Shown in pieces: positions 13,829 to 26,669 of a DNA stretch of 64,000 bases (position 1 is its first letter; each line of letters opens with the position of its first letter). The translations under genes were made by a program, and so were the position numbers. The DNA is taken from contig OX597819.1 in NCBI GenBank assembly GCA_951406725.2, forward strand, positions 51,336,001 through 51,400,000, in the 5' to 3' direction. The notes under the pieces are model-generated. The model saw only the letters and a program-made list of their open reading frames with translations. It was not told the DNA's origin and searched no databases. Source of the DNA: Octopus vulgaris (Eukaryota).

Positions 13829-13975
13829 TCGAAAATTTCCTTAGGAATGAGACGCCAGGTTTGAAATTTCCCCAAGACACCTGAAGAAGGCTGGGGGGTA
13901 TATCAGCCAAAACGTTGTGTTAACAGCAAACAAGATGAGGACAAATATCCATGAAATGTAAATAAAGTAAATAAT
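13645..13975 (+). mobile_element. SINE family E: tRNA-like head + (AAT)n + hammerhead-containing tail
   Basis: A box TGGCGTAGTGA, degenerate B box, (AAT)n, then GACAC-CTGAAGA-A-GGCTG..CAGCC-AAAA-CG-TT-GTGTT; second copy at 32970-33354 (-). Confidence 0.75.
13876..13921 (+). ncRNA. Minimal type-I hammerhead ribozyme motif (GAAA mutated to AAAA in this copy)
   Basis: Stem I GACAC/GTGTT, core CTGAAGA, stem II GGCTG/CAGCC; GAAA is intact in the sister copy. Confidence 0.6.
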
Positions 13976-14214
13976 GTATTGCGTTTATTAGATAATCTCT
14001 CTCTCTCTCTCTCTCTCTCTGTATATATATATATATATATACATATAAACAAAAGACATAATCTCCTTTAAATGGCTTTATTATATGCTGAATAACAAAT
14101 GCTCTTGCCATCAATGATGCAGAATAGGAAAATTTCATCCAACTGATTGTCCTAATCTTTCTCCTCCCTCTTTCTACATCTCTATATACGCGCACACACA
14201 CACACACATATCCA

Positions 14215-14355
14215 CAGGAGTGGCTGTGTGGTATGTAGCTTGCTTACCAACCACATGGACCGGAGTTCAGTCCCACTGCGTGGCACCTTGGACAAGTGTC
14301 TTCTACTATAGCCTTGTAAGTGGATGTAGTAGACGAAACCTGAAAGAAGCCTGTC

Positions 14356-14454
<99 letters not shown>

Positions 14455-14690
14455 CGTGCGTGTGTATGTGTGTGCGTGCATGTGTGTGTCTTTTTTTGTT
14501 CCCCTTCCTCCCAGCATCACTTGACAATCAATGCTGGTGCATGTACGTCCCCATAACGTAGCGGCTCAGAAAAAGAGACCGTTAAAATAAGTACTAGGCT
14601 TACAAAGAATAAGTCCTGGGGTTGATTTGCTCAACTAAAAGCGGTGCTCCAGCATAGCCGCAGTCAAATGACAAACAAAAAAAACGAATA
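14215..14690 (+). mobile_element. tRNA-derived SINE, family A with internal (TA)n(TG)n
   Basis: Head GTGGCTGTGTGGTA..GAGTTCAGTCCC, internal microsatellite, tail GCGGTGCTCCAGCATAGCCGCAGTCAAATGAC. Confidence 0.85.
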
Positions 14691-14701
14691 CATATATATA
14701 T

Positions 14702-15381
14702 ATTGGTTGGATTTTCAGAACCATGCGGACAAGGGACCAAGAAACTATGATGACACTATGGAAGTCATTTATCCTCTGCCGACTGAACTACTGCTCTGAG
14801 CTATGGTCACCTTATACTACGAGGACGATAGCAGAGCTTGAAGCAATCCAACGACATTACAGAAAGAAAATCGTATCAATGGAACGACTGAGCTACTGGG
14901 ACAGATTGAAAGAGCTACGACTCTATTCGCTGGAACGAAGGCGGGAGTGGTATGCAGTGATATATATATATATATGGAAGATACTGGAAGGACTGGTACC
15001 AAACTTTAGAATAGAGAGCTATACCAGACCACCAGCATAATGTCACTGTGCTGTTCCCACTGTGCCTTAGCATCTAGGGCAAGGACGATGTACTGCAATA
15101 GCTTGGGTTTCAAGGGCCCACAGCTGTTTAACTGTGTTCCAAATGAGCTGAGGAGCCTCCACTGAGTGGATGTTTTCAAACGTGAAATCGACCTCTGGCT
15201 CGCCGAGATCCCGAATGAGACAATATCTAAGCAAGAAACTCAAAAAAGGGCAGTAGCATCGAACTCCATCCTTCACCAAAAGCCGCTCCGACAAAGGTGG
15301 AAAGTGGAAAAATGATCACAATGGCGGTGCTCCAGCATGGACACAGTGATTGGACTAAAACATATAAAAGAATAAAAGAAT
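14702..15381 (+). mobile_element. CR1/L2-group LINE 3' remnant (RT C-terminus + 3' UTR)
   Basis: GWIFRTMRTRDQETMMTLWKSFILCRLNYCSELWSPY..LEAIQR..LSYWDRLKELRLYSLERRR, then QGPQLFN; has stops and frameshifts. Confidence 0.85.
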
Positions 15382-15479
15382 ATATATATTTTTTTTAATT
15401 CTTCCAATGTACAACACACGCATACGTTTATATATATATAACGCAATCTGCCAATGTAAAACACACACACATACGTATG

Positions 15480-15535
<56 letters not shown>

Positions 15536-16799
15536 TATACGTATGCGTGTGTGTTTTATATTGGCAGATTGCTTTCTCTGCTTTTTAATCTTTCTTTTTC
15601 TCACATTTTTACACAAGCAGAATGAAAGTTTGCAAAATCTGTAAGTTTTCCTACATTTTATACTATATCCCTGTACGCAAATACGTTTATATCTGTGCAT
15701 ATTTTTTACGTACCTATGTTTATATATGAGTACATTATTTTCATTATGTATTTTTGTGTACGAAATTATTTAAAACCTTGTTATTCCCCCGTTTCAACGC
15801 AAACTCTAATCTAAGCATGATTCAGTTTTCCTGTCGGTGTTTGCGTGTGCTTGCGCATGCTTATTTCTTATGCAATTAGTTGTTTCACTGTGTGTAGGAT
15901 CCAAAATTGATTTTTAAAAATTACCGTATCTGTCTTGTTACCGAAACGATAAATAGCATTATGCAATGAACCGATGAAATTCAACACAATTAAAAGTATT
16001 CGTTTTCCCCCCACCTCCATGCGGGCCCATTCAAACATATCTGGTGTAAACACGTGACTTAGTAGCAGAAAATAGAGATTGAAGAGCTTGTTATAGTTAA
16101 TCGGTATTTTTCACATTGAAAATACTATTTAAAACCGTTGAGTAATGTTAAGCGTGAGAGGATGTCCTATGATCGTTAGGCATGTCTGAAGAGCATTAAA
16201 ACAAAAGGTTAAAATTTCAAGTTATTAATCGTCACATAGCGATCTGTGAAGATTGACACATTTAAGTCTCGGAATCATTAACCGTGACATTAGAATGTGT
16301 TAAGAAAGTTTCGGGATTTGAAATCAAATAACAGTTGTCGTCGGTGAACACCGTGAGAACAAAGAGAAATTTATGAAAAGGAATCGCTAATCATGACACC
16401 ACAACCAGATAACTGTTGATCATGACCATTAAAGTACAATAAAATAAAATCAAACTAATCCTTTAAGGGTGTTAGAAGCCAGTGAATGGCAAATGTCAAT
16501 CTCGATGTGATGCTAACCCATTGCTGCTTCTTTCCAAACATTATTAATGACAGTTTTCAGAATATTTGCTACAAAGACCAGGGAACATCGCTTGACTGTG
16601 TAAATTAAAGAACAGTAACGGAGTGATCGACATTACAAATATCTTAACACAAAATTGGTTGGTTTTGGTTTCCTAAGCATTAGCAAGAACTTTGGCACTG
16701 TTCTCTGGACAAGAGACAATTAAATTTCGAAAGAGAACGTAAAGAATGTAGTTTCCTAATCGAAAGCATTATAACATTATAACAGTAGGTTACAATTAC

Positions 16800-16976
16800 A
16801 TGTATGTATGTATGTATGTATGTATGTATGTATGTATGTATGTATGTATGTATGTATGTATGTATGTATGGATGGATGTATGTATTATGTATGTATGTAT
16901 GTATGTATGTATGTATGTATGTATGTATGTATGTATGTATGTATGTATGTATGTATGTATGTATGTATGTATGTAT
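16800..16976. repeat. (TATG)n microsatellite; array resumes at 17403-17560
   Basis: Directly visible on both sides of the family H copy. Confidence 0.95.
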
Positions 16977-16985
16977 AGGTAGTGG

Positions 16986-17402
16986 GTAGCGATTTTCTTC
17001 ACGGCTTCAGGTAGTGACGACCATGCCTAACACGAGTCCTGGGCTCAGCTGGCTCCGGCTGACAGTATCCGATATGGGCCCCTATCCAGGGTTACGGAAA
17101 GGAGATAACCTTCAAAGAAATCCGGAGAGGAGCCCCGTATGCGGTTTAGTGTTCGACTCAACACTCTTCCGGCAGCTCCTGCAACTAGGCCGGTGCCAAA
17201 CGTAATGCTCTGCACTCCTTTGGACTACGTCAGCAAGGTGGAGAGAGGAATCCGGACGACTGGGCTACCCAGGATTTTCTTACATCTATTCCAGGCCTGC
17301 ACAAAACTGGAGAGGAAACTGGAGTGGACATGAAATGTAAAAACCAGACTGGATTAGTTTATGCGCAACTCCAATGTCTCCCGAGAAAAAAGGATGCCAA
17401 CA
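16986..17402 (+). mobile_element. Interspersed repeat family H, longer copy inside (TATG)n
   Basis: Matches 12601-12922 in reverse orientation over about 320 bp. Confidence 0.7.
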
Positions 17403-18030
17403 ATGTATGTATGTATGTATGTATGTATGTATGTATGTATGTATGTATGTATGTATGTATGTATGTACGTACGTACGTACGTATGTATGTATGTATGTAT
17501 GTATGTATGTATGTATGTATGTATGTATGTATGTATGTATGTATGTATGTATGTATGTATAAATGATATGCTGTGAAGTTATATGTATTGCATTACATCT
17601 CTGGTTAAATTTCAAAATATACTTAGAATAGATGCAAGCATGGCTGTGTGATTAAGAATCTCGCTTTGCTACCACGTAGTTCCGGCTACAGCCTCACCGA
17701 GTGGTGCCTTTGGCAGATGTCTTCTACCATAGCCCTAGGCCAGACAGTTCCTTGTCGGTAGACAGGAAATGTATGGAAAATCGCCGTGTGCGTGCGCGTG
17801 TAAGTTTTCATGTGTGTGTCTTGCTGTCTGTGCTTGTCATTTCACGCCACTTAACAATCGGCAAAAAGTGATCGATAGAAAATTAATATTCACCAGATTG
17901 ATCTCACCAATTGGGAAACTCTTGCAAAAACTATGAAGCACTCCTTTTACAAAATTACGAAAACAAAAGAGATTAATAAATCACTATTTTATGTCGACGC
18001 AATTGATCTACTGGGACACGCACACATGCA

Positions 18031-18096
<66 letters not shown>

Positions 18097-18296
18097 TACA
18101 CTTATTTTTACGTTTGTCTGACCTACTACATTTCATTGAAGATGGCAATGTCCCTAGAAGAAGCAAGCTGGTGAAAATCAAGAGCAAAGTTATGAATTAT
18201 TCAGCTTAAAACTACTAGGATTATTCTAAAATTCAAATTTCCTATATAAAACTTTCACTATTGTGAATAGCTAGCAACAATATAGTCTCTCTTTTG

Positions 18297-18618
18297 TGAA
18301 AGCACGTTGCTAAATGGTTAGGGTATTCGGCTCACGACCTTGCGGTCGTGAGTTCAATTCCCTGCGACGTGTTGTCTCCTTGAACAAGACACTTTATTTC
18401 ACGTTCCTCCAGTCCACTCAGCTCGCAAAAATGAGAAGTGCCTCTATTTCAAAGGGCCAGCCTTGTCACACTCTGTGTAATGCTGAATCTCGCTGAGACT
18501 ATGTTAAGGGCACGCGTGTTTTTAGAGTACGCAGCCATTTGTGCGTTAATTTCACGAGCAAGCTGTTCCGTTGTTCGGATCAACTGGAACCCTCGTCGTC
18601 GTAACCGACGGAGCGCCA
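18297..18618 (+). mobile_element. tRNA-derived SINE, family C-related
   Basis: TGGTTAGGGTATTCGG..GAGTTCAATTCC head, TCCTTGAACAAGACACTT block, tail GGAACCCTCGTCGTCGTAACCGACGGAG. Confidence 0.8.
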
Positions 18619-19094
18619 TTCTCTTTTATCTAATCTTTCTCAAAGTGGAACGTGGCGATATTTTTGTGAGACGCGGGTTACTTCACAGCGGAGAGTAAAT
18701 AAATATCAAGTAAATAATACTTGTGATAAAATTTTAATTAAATATAAAATTGAATATCTTCTCAACCATATGGTTCCGGGTTCAACTCCACTGCATGATA
18801 ACTTGGCATGAGTCTTCAATTATAACCTCGGATAGACCAAAACCTTGAGACTGGATTTGGTTGACGGAAACCGAATGAAACCTGTTGTATATGTGTGTGC
18901 GTGTGCGCGCGCGTGCGCGTGTGTGTACGTTTCTGTGCTTGTACTTCACCACTGCTCGACTCTAATATGATATAAAACCGAGCAGCTTCCGACTTTTTCT
19001 ATCTATAGCGGTTTATCAGCTTAATATTTAAATGCTACTATCTATAGTTTTACATATGTAATTCGAGATATACTATTCAAAAAAGAATTCTCTC

Positions 19095-19437
19095 TTTTCT
19101 TTTACTCTCTTTTACTTGTTTCAGTCATTTGACTGCGGCCATGCTGGAGCACCGCCTTTAATCGAGCAACTCGACCCCGGGACTTATTCTTTGTAAGCCC
19201 AGTACTTATTCTATCGGTCTCTTTTGCCGAACTGCTAAGTGACGGGGACATAAACACACCAGCATCGGTTGTCAAGCGATGCTGGGGAACAAACACAGAC
19301 ATACAAACATACACGCACACACATATATATCCATATATACGACGGGCTTCTTTCAGTTTCCGTCTACCAAATCCACTCACAAGGCTTTGGTCGGCCCGAG
19401 GCTATAGTAGAAGACACTTGCCCAAGGTGCCACGCAG
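19095..19437 (-). mobile_element. SINE family A (young); an older A fragment follows at about 19490-19652
   Basis: Near-identical in reverse to 48698-49128. Confidence 0.85.
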
Positions 19438-19859
19438 TTTGTTTAATTTTCTGACAGAAGTTTATAAAATTCTTACATACATTCATACATACAACGGGGT
19501 TCTTAGAGTTTCCGTTTGCCAAATCCACTTTCAAAAGATTTGGTAAGCCGAAGTCTAGAGGAGAAGACATTTAGCCAAAGTACGACCCAGTGGGATTGAA
19601 GCTGGAACCACGTGACTGGAGAGTAAACTCCTTGCCACACAGCCACGCCTGCGATTATAAATAGAATACGAGCTCATCAGGATATTTATTACAAGAGAAT
19701 TCATTGATTACAAACTCGGTTGTAATACACGCACACTTATATAATAATTTTATATATCTTTTGCATAACTTCATCACGTTACAATACGTCATTTGGTGTT
19801 GTATGTAGTTGTAATATTCTATATTTAAGAGTGAACTCCAGCGATAACATCTTAAACCC

Positions 19860-19937
<78 letters not shown>

Positions 19938-20179
19938 ATGCATGTATGTATGCATACATAAATTTGTGTGTACGTATGCATATGTTTGTAATAAACATGC
20001 ACGCACTTATACATCTGTTCTTCGTTCCTAAAATATCATTCATTCTATTAGTCGTCAGGTCCCGAAAAAACACTACGGAAAATAAGAATGATTTGAAAAT
20101 CATTGCAACCGGCTCTTTTTTTAAAAAAGTTATATCTATTTCTTATCTATTGAAATCGCTTACATATCACTGTATCTCT

Positions 20180-20217
<38 letters not shown>

Positions 20218-20748
20218 TATTCGCTTGTCCATTTTGCTGGCTTCTCTATTTTTCGTTCTCCTGGAAAGAAAAAAATAACGATATCTTCGCTCCAACAATT
20301 CTGTATTTAAATGCTAGCCATCTGTCTGTTGTACACTAATTTTCCTCATGTGAATTTGTTCTGTTGTCTATCATAGACGGTTTTTTTTCATTTTTAATGC
20401 TTCTATTTTATAATATATATTATTTTTTATGCCCGAATCCTGTAGCAGTTTGCTGACATCTTGTTCAATCCATCAATTAATCTTTTATTACGTCTGAATA
20501 TGTATTTCTCTTCAAATATTTATTACTGCATTTTGCCAAATATTTTCAGTATGATCGATCTTGTGTATAAACATGCAAGTCTGTTTGTATTTGAGTGTGT
20601 GTGTGTGTATATGTGTGTGTATATGTGTATGTATGCATCAATGACTGGAAGTATGTATCAGTCTATTTTCTATTGTCCTATAAACATATATATATTACTT
20701 GCATACGTACATGCCTGTGCATACATACAGTGTGCATACGCACACACA

Positions 20749-20849
<101 letters not shown>

Positions 20850-21082
20850 ACATAATATATACCTATGTATATCATATTTACTAATGCATACGTATTGAAA
20901 GATTGGCAAACATATAAATAGACATATCTATATCCATACATATATGTGTGTATTTGAAAAAGATATATTTGTTTGTATTCACATTTGTGTGTACTTGTGT
21001 CTCGATTCATTTCACATACCATAATGGAATATTTCGTACGACTATAGCATTTGAAAGCTAATGTATATATAAACATGATGTG

Positions 21083-21138
<56 letters not shown>

Positions 21139-21139
<1 letters not shown>

Positions 21140-22418
21140 GAGGGACGTTCAGTAAGTAATGCCCCTGGCCCACTTGTTGTTGTTTGATCTTGCATGTGCA
21201 ATTATTCATATCTCTATAGATTACGTGGCAAATTACACCTCTGAACTAATTGTGGTTTCTGATTTACAGGTGTTTGAACTGAGTCAAGTGTGAAATGGAG
21301 CCTGTTGAGTGTCGAGCAGTGATCCGGGTTTTGTATTTGAAAGGACGCACACCACGGGAGACTTTTGATGAAATGAAAGTAACTTATGATAATGATGCCC
21401 CATCATATGACCTTGTAAAACGCTGGCATCGTGAATTCAAACATGGTCGGAACTCTGTGGAAACAGCAGCCAGATCTGGTCACCCTCCTTCTGCCATTGA
21501 TGAGGCATCTGTCCGTCAAGTTGAGGCTGCCATTTTGGAAAATCGACACATAACTATTCGCCAAATAGCCCATGAGGTCAAGATTAGTACCGGGTCTGTG
21601 GAAACTATCATTCATGACCATTTGCATAGGCAAAAGGTGTCTGCCAGATGGATTCCCATGTTGCTCACACTTTTCCAGAAGCAAGAACGCGTCGAGTGCT
21701 CGAGGATGAATTTGGAGATGTGCCAAGAAGATGAGTCAAAATTTTTCAAAAGACTGATCACACAGGATGAAACCTGGGTCCATCACGATGATCCAGAGAC
21801 CAAATCCCAGTCAATGCAGTGGAAACACCGTGACTCACCTCCTCCAAAGAAGGCAAGGGTGCAGCCCTCCGCTGGCAAGGTCATGCTCACAGTCTTCTGG
21901 GACGAGGACGGAGTAGAAATGACAGATTTCCTGGCAAAAGGTACCACAATTACAGGAGCCTATTATGCTTCACTTTTGAGGAAATTAAGAGAAGCTATTA
22001 AAATCAAGAGGTGGGGCAAGATCAGCAAAGGCATCCTCCTCCTGCAGGACAACGTTCCGGTCCACAACTCGATGGTCGCCAGATCAGAAGCACAAGCGTG
22101 CGGCTATGAACTCTTTCCCCAAACTCCTACTCTCCTGACCTTGCACCCTCGGATTTTCACCTCTTCCCAGCCATGAAGTTGTTTTTGAAAGGAAAGCGTT
22201 TCCCAGATGATGCAGCCTTGATTTCTGAAGTCAGGTCGTGGTTGGAGGACCAAGCTGGGGTCTTCTACAAAAACGGTCTCTAGAGCTGCATCAAACGATG
22301 GGAGAAATGTATAACTCTGTGTGGTTCCTATGTAAAAGAAGACTAATAACTGTGCCAAGTGTCGTTGCTCTACTGCTATGGGAAGTGGGTCAGGGGCATT
22401 ACTTATTGAATGCCCCTC

Positions 22419-22419
<1 letters not shown>
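21139..22419 (+). mobile_element. Full-length mariner DNA transposon (1281 bp)
   Basis: 37-bp TIRs at 21139-21175 and 22383-22419 (4 mismatches), TA on both sides within (TA)n, internal transposase. Confidence 0.97.
21295..22346 (+). pseudogene. Mariner DD34D transposase, inactivated
   Basis: WIPMLL (WVPHEL-type motif), TQDETW, QDN; frameshift near 22125 into YSPDLAPSDFHLF; premature TAG at 22281-22283; natural stop at 22344-22346. Confidence 0.95.
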
Positions 22420-22471
<52 letters not shown>

Positions 22472-22848
22472 ACACACATATATATATCACATACACATAT
22501 ATATATATATATCAGTAAAGCCAGTCACCACATCAAAGTGGCTACTAAATTTACTATTAGTTCAACCCCAGACAGATTCTTGTCCAGCTCGTTATCGGTA
22601 CGACTCTGCAATATATTGTTCGTAGGTGGAGCGAATCTCTACCACTCTCTTTATATATATTGCTAATCTCTCTCTATATAAATTTTTTTATCTATCTCCC
22701 TCTCTGTCCACAGCTCCACCAGATCAAATCATCAACTCAAATTTTTCAAGGTAATTGTATTAGACCCCACGAATGTCAACATGTAAATTTTATTTTCATT
22801 TGCATTAAAACAATAGAACATTTTCTCGAAAAAATATTTCTATAGTCA

Positions 22849-23757
22849 TCTATAATAAAGGACATTTTATACCACGACGACGATGACCCCCCCCACCACC
22901 ACCACCACACATTTTGTACATGAGTCTGTATGTGCCTGAGTGTGTGTATATTTGTGCGTTCGTTACGTACGATATAGTAAAGGACATTTTATACCATGAC
23001 GACGACATATTTTGTATATGAGTGTATATGTATCTGTGAGTGTGTGTGTGTTTGCACTTTTGTTATGTACCACATAGTAAAGGACATTTTATACCACAAC
23101 CACCACCACCACCACGTCACATTTTGTATATGAGTGTGTATGCGTTTGTCAGCGTGTGTGTTTTGCGTTCTTTACGTAAATGTATGTCTACATGTGTCTG
23201 TCTTAGTATAGGTATGTGAGTGTATGTGTGTGTCAGTGTATGTAACTATGTGTGTGATTGTCAATTACACTGATGTAAATTGGCTGTGTGAAAGAGCTAT
23301 ACTGGCTCCATAAACTTAATCAAGAACTTCACAAGTTAACAGATACATCAGAAATGACATTTCCATCAATTTACACAACAGTCGACTAAGATCAGGGTGT
23401 TCAATAGCCTGTTGAATTTCTTGAACACACTTGAACCCACTGGGATGCCACCGCGTAACTTGACACTAAAGCTGGATGCTCCATTTATGTTGCTTAGGCA
23501 CCACGACTCACCTCGCTTCTATAATGGAACTCGCTTAATTGTTACTTCCATGAAGCCCCATGTCCTACAGGCAACAATCATAACGGGTAGTCACAAAGAA
23601 GAAAATGTCTTTATTCCAAAATTTCCTCTTATACCTACAGATGTTCCATTTGAATTTGAGATCCTTCAGTTTCCAGTCAAACTAAGTCTTGGTATTTCAA
23701 TTAATAAATCTCAGGGTCAATTCCTCAAGGTAGTTGGGCTTCATCTCTCTCCTACAT
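22849..23757 (+). mobile_element. Helitron remnant: 5' TC end, three ~110-bp tandem units and a helicase fragment
   Basis: A|TCTATAATAAAG start; unit beginning TAAAGGACATTTTATACCA x3; PIF1-like helicase coding from 23281; cut by a SINE at about 23760. Confidence 0.7.
23281..23757 (+). pseudogene. PIF1-like (Helitron RepHel) helicase C-terminal fragment
   Basis: WLCERAILAP..FLNTLEPTGMPP.NLTLK..MLLR..NGTRLIV..VFIPK.PLIP..QFPVKL...SINKSQGQ.LKVVGL. Confidence 0.9.
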
Positions 23758-23761
23758 GCTG

Positions 23762-23905
23762 CTTAGTTCTGAGTTCAAATTCCGCCGAAGTCGACATTCG
23801 GGGTCGATGAAATTAAGTACCAGTTGCGTACTGAGGCCGATCTAATCGACTAGCCCCTGTCCCCTGCCCCAAAATTTCGAGCCTTGTGCCTAGAGTAGGA
23901 AATAA
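23762..23905 (+). mobile_element. SINE family B, 5'-truncated
   Basis: GTTCTGAGTTCAAATTCCGCCGA..AAGTACCAGTTGCGTAC..GCCTTGTGCCTAG. Confidence 0.8.
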
Positions 23906-24297
23906 TATTAATTAATAAATCAATGAGAAAGAAGAAAAGAGCAACAAAATCGCACACGTTAGTTAGCAACTGTTTCGGCTACAAGAAACAGACATAGTAT
24001 ATTAATTAATTAATATATTTACATTAATTAATATATATATATATATATTGACGTTTTAAGAATTTGAAAGGTTTCGAGAGATCGTGAAATAATTCGTGTT
24101 TGGAATAAGATCTCAAAGCACATAATATTTGTAGCATTTATGTACTTCGAGATCCAATTCAAAACAAAATGTATGAGTGTTTGTGTGTGTGTATTTATAT
24201 GTGCGTGTTTATGCATGTATGTTTGCAAGAATGTATGTATGTATGTATGTATGTATGTATGTATGTATGTATGTATGTATGTATGTATGTATGTATG

Positions 24298-24328
<31 letters not shown>

Positions 24329-24619
24329 GCATGAATGTATGCATGTCTGTCTGTCTACCTGTATGTATGTATGCATGTATGCATACGCTCGTTCACAGCG
24401 ATAAAAAAGATTCATTAGATAAATAAATTACTCATACCGTCAAAAACGAAGTAATTTGCGTTTGTTTAAGTGCAATTTGCAAATTGCAGTATTGTTTCGG
24501 GCCGATGACCTCGTCAGAATCGACTGTTTGGATAAATATGGCAGCATTTGTTCTATAGATGAAAAGGTATCACAGCCGATAGAATTAAAGGAAATTCAAA
24601 AAGAGAAGGACAGGTTTGA

Positions 24620-24792
24620 TGATGAGGAGGAGGACGACGACGACGAAGAAGAAGAAGAAGAAGAAGAAGAAGAAGAAGAAGAAGAAGAAGAAGAAGAAGA
24701 AGAAGAAGAAGAAGAAGAAGAAGAAGAAGAAGAAGAAGAAGAAGAAGAAGAAGAAGAAGAAGAAGAAGAAGAAGAAGAAGAAGAAGAAGAAG
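24620..24792. repeat. (GAT/GAG/GAC) grading into long (GAA)n
   Basis: Directly visible. Confidence 0.95.
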
Positions 24793-25495
24793 ATAGGAAA
24801 GCAAGTGGAATGGGAGTTTGAATGCACGTCGTGTTAGAATAATAACCGTTTTCCTATCAGAACCTTGAATAGAGGAGTTTGAAAATTCAAATTTTTAGCA
24901 TAAACAGAATTAAAGTAAATAAAATAGCTTGTTGAATAGATAAGGGGGAAACTAGAGGTAATTATTCCGATAGAACTTTATTGAAATATTAAAGATGAAT
25001 CGTTATAATTAATAACTGGGTGTTGTAAAGTTAATTAGGAGTTATTAATTATATTTATATAAAGGAATCAGAAATAGTGTCTGGATAATGAATAACACAT
25101 AATTATAAAAGGTTTAATTTATGGCAATTTTAAAGGGAAAATTTTTCAAAAGTGTATATTAGGTAAATAAATAAATACATAAATAAATATAGCGTTATTT
25201 GTTATAATGAGTGAGTAAGGTGCGCGTAAATCACCAGGAATAAGATAAGGATTAAAGATAAGGATAAAATGGATGAGAAGAATGGTAAGTCATTTCAACA
25301 AATGGGGTGCAATGATGTTGTAATGTTAATAAATTGATTCTCATCCAAGGCATGTGTAAATAATGAAGAGTCACAGAATACGACGTAAACTGCTGTGCGA
25401 AAATTTGACGTTCTTAAAATTAGACAGGCAGAAGGGTAGAGTGGGAGGTAGAAAAATAAATTGACAGAAATAGTGAACAAATCATTTGTATCTAT

Positions 25496-25547
<52 letters not shown>

Positions 25548-25558
25548 ACACGCGCGCG

Positions 25559-25764
25559 TTCTTTTATTCTTTTATTTGTTTCAGTCATTTGACTGCGGCC
25601 ATGCTAGAGCACCGCCTTTAGCCAAACAAATCGACCCCAGTACTTATTCTTTGTAAGCCTTGTACTTATTCTATCGGTCACTTTTGCCGAACCACTAAGT
25701 TACGGGGACGTAAACACACCAACATCGGTTGTCAAGCGATGTTGGGAGGACAAACACAGACACA

Positions 25765-25836
<72 letters not shown>

Positions 25837-26468
25837 CGACGTGCTTCTTTCAGTTTCCGTCTACCAAATCCACTCACAAGGCTTTGGTAGGCCCGAGGCT
25901 ATAGTTGAAGACACTTGCCCAAGGTGCCACGCAGTGGGATTGAACCCGAACCATGTGGTTGATAAGCAAGCTACTTACCATATTTTTTTTATCTTTATTC
26001 TTTTATCCTGTACTTGTTACAGTTTTGAGGCTGTGGCTATGCTGGGGCACCAACATAAAGAACGAATCGATTCCAGTATATATATATTTTTAAAGCCTTG
26101 TACTTATTCGATGGTTCACTTTAACCGAATCGCTAAGTTACGAAGACGGAAACACACCAACACCGGTTGCCAAGCGGTGGCAGGGGAAAAACAGACACAA
26201 ACACAGTCATATACATACATACATACATACATACATACATACATACATACATACATACATACATGCATACATACATACATACATACATACATACGCGCGC
26301 GCGCACATACACACACACGCACATATATTTATAAATGACGAACTTCTTTCAGTTTCCCTTTATCAAATCCACTTACAAGGGTTTGATCAGCTCGAGGTTA
26401 GAGCGGATGAGATTATCCCTAGATGCCACGCAGTGGGAATGGATTCGAAACCATGTGTTTGGGATGCA
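25559..26468 (-). mobile_element. Two consecutive SINE family A copies (25559-25980 young; about 25995-26468 older)
   Basis: Reverse complements of family A, with different internal microsatellites. Confidence 0.85.
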
Positions 26469-26669
26469 AAAAAAAAAAGCAGAAAGAAATAACATGTAAA
26501 TAGAGAAGAAATATAAAATTGGTTGGTTTAACCCGCTTTCAAAATTAACTATTAGTATGCCCATTACTTAATTAATCTTAACCTTATTTGACAAGTACTA
26601 CCCCAGGGCACAAACACTGTTGTATCATAACTAGAAACACTGTTAAACTTTCTTACCAGTAATAAAGAC

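Noticed and set aside
24456-24821. Acidic poly-Glu ORF
   Set aside because: (GAA)n microsatellite with no recognisable domain
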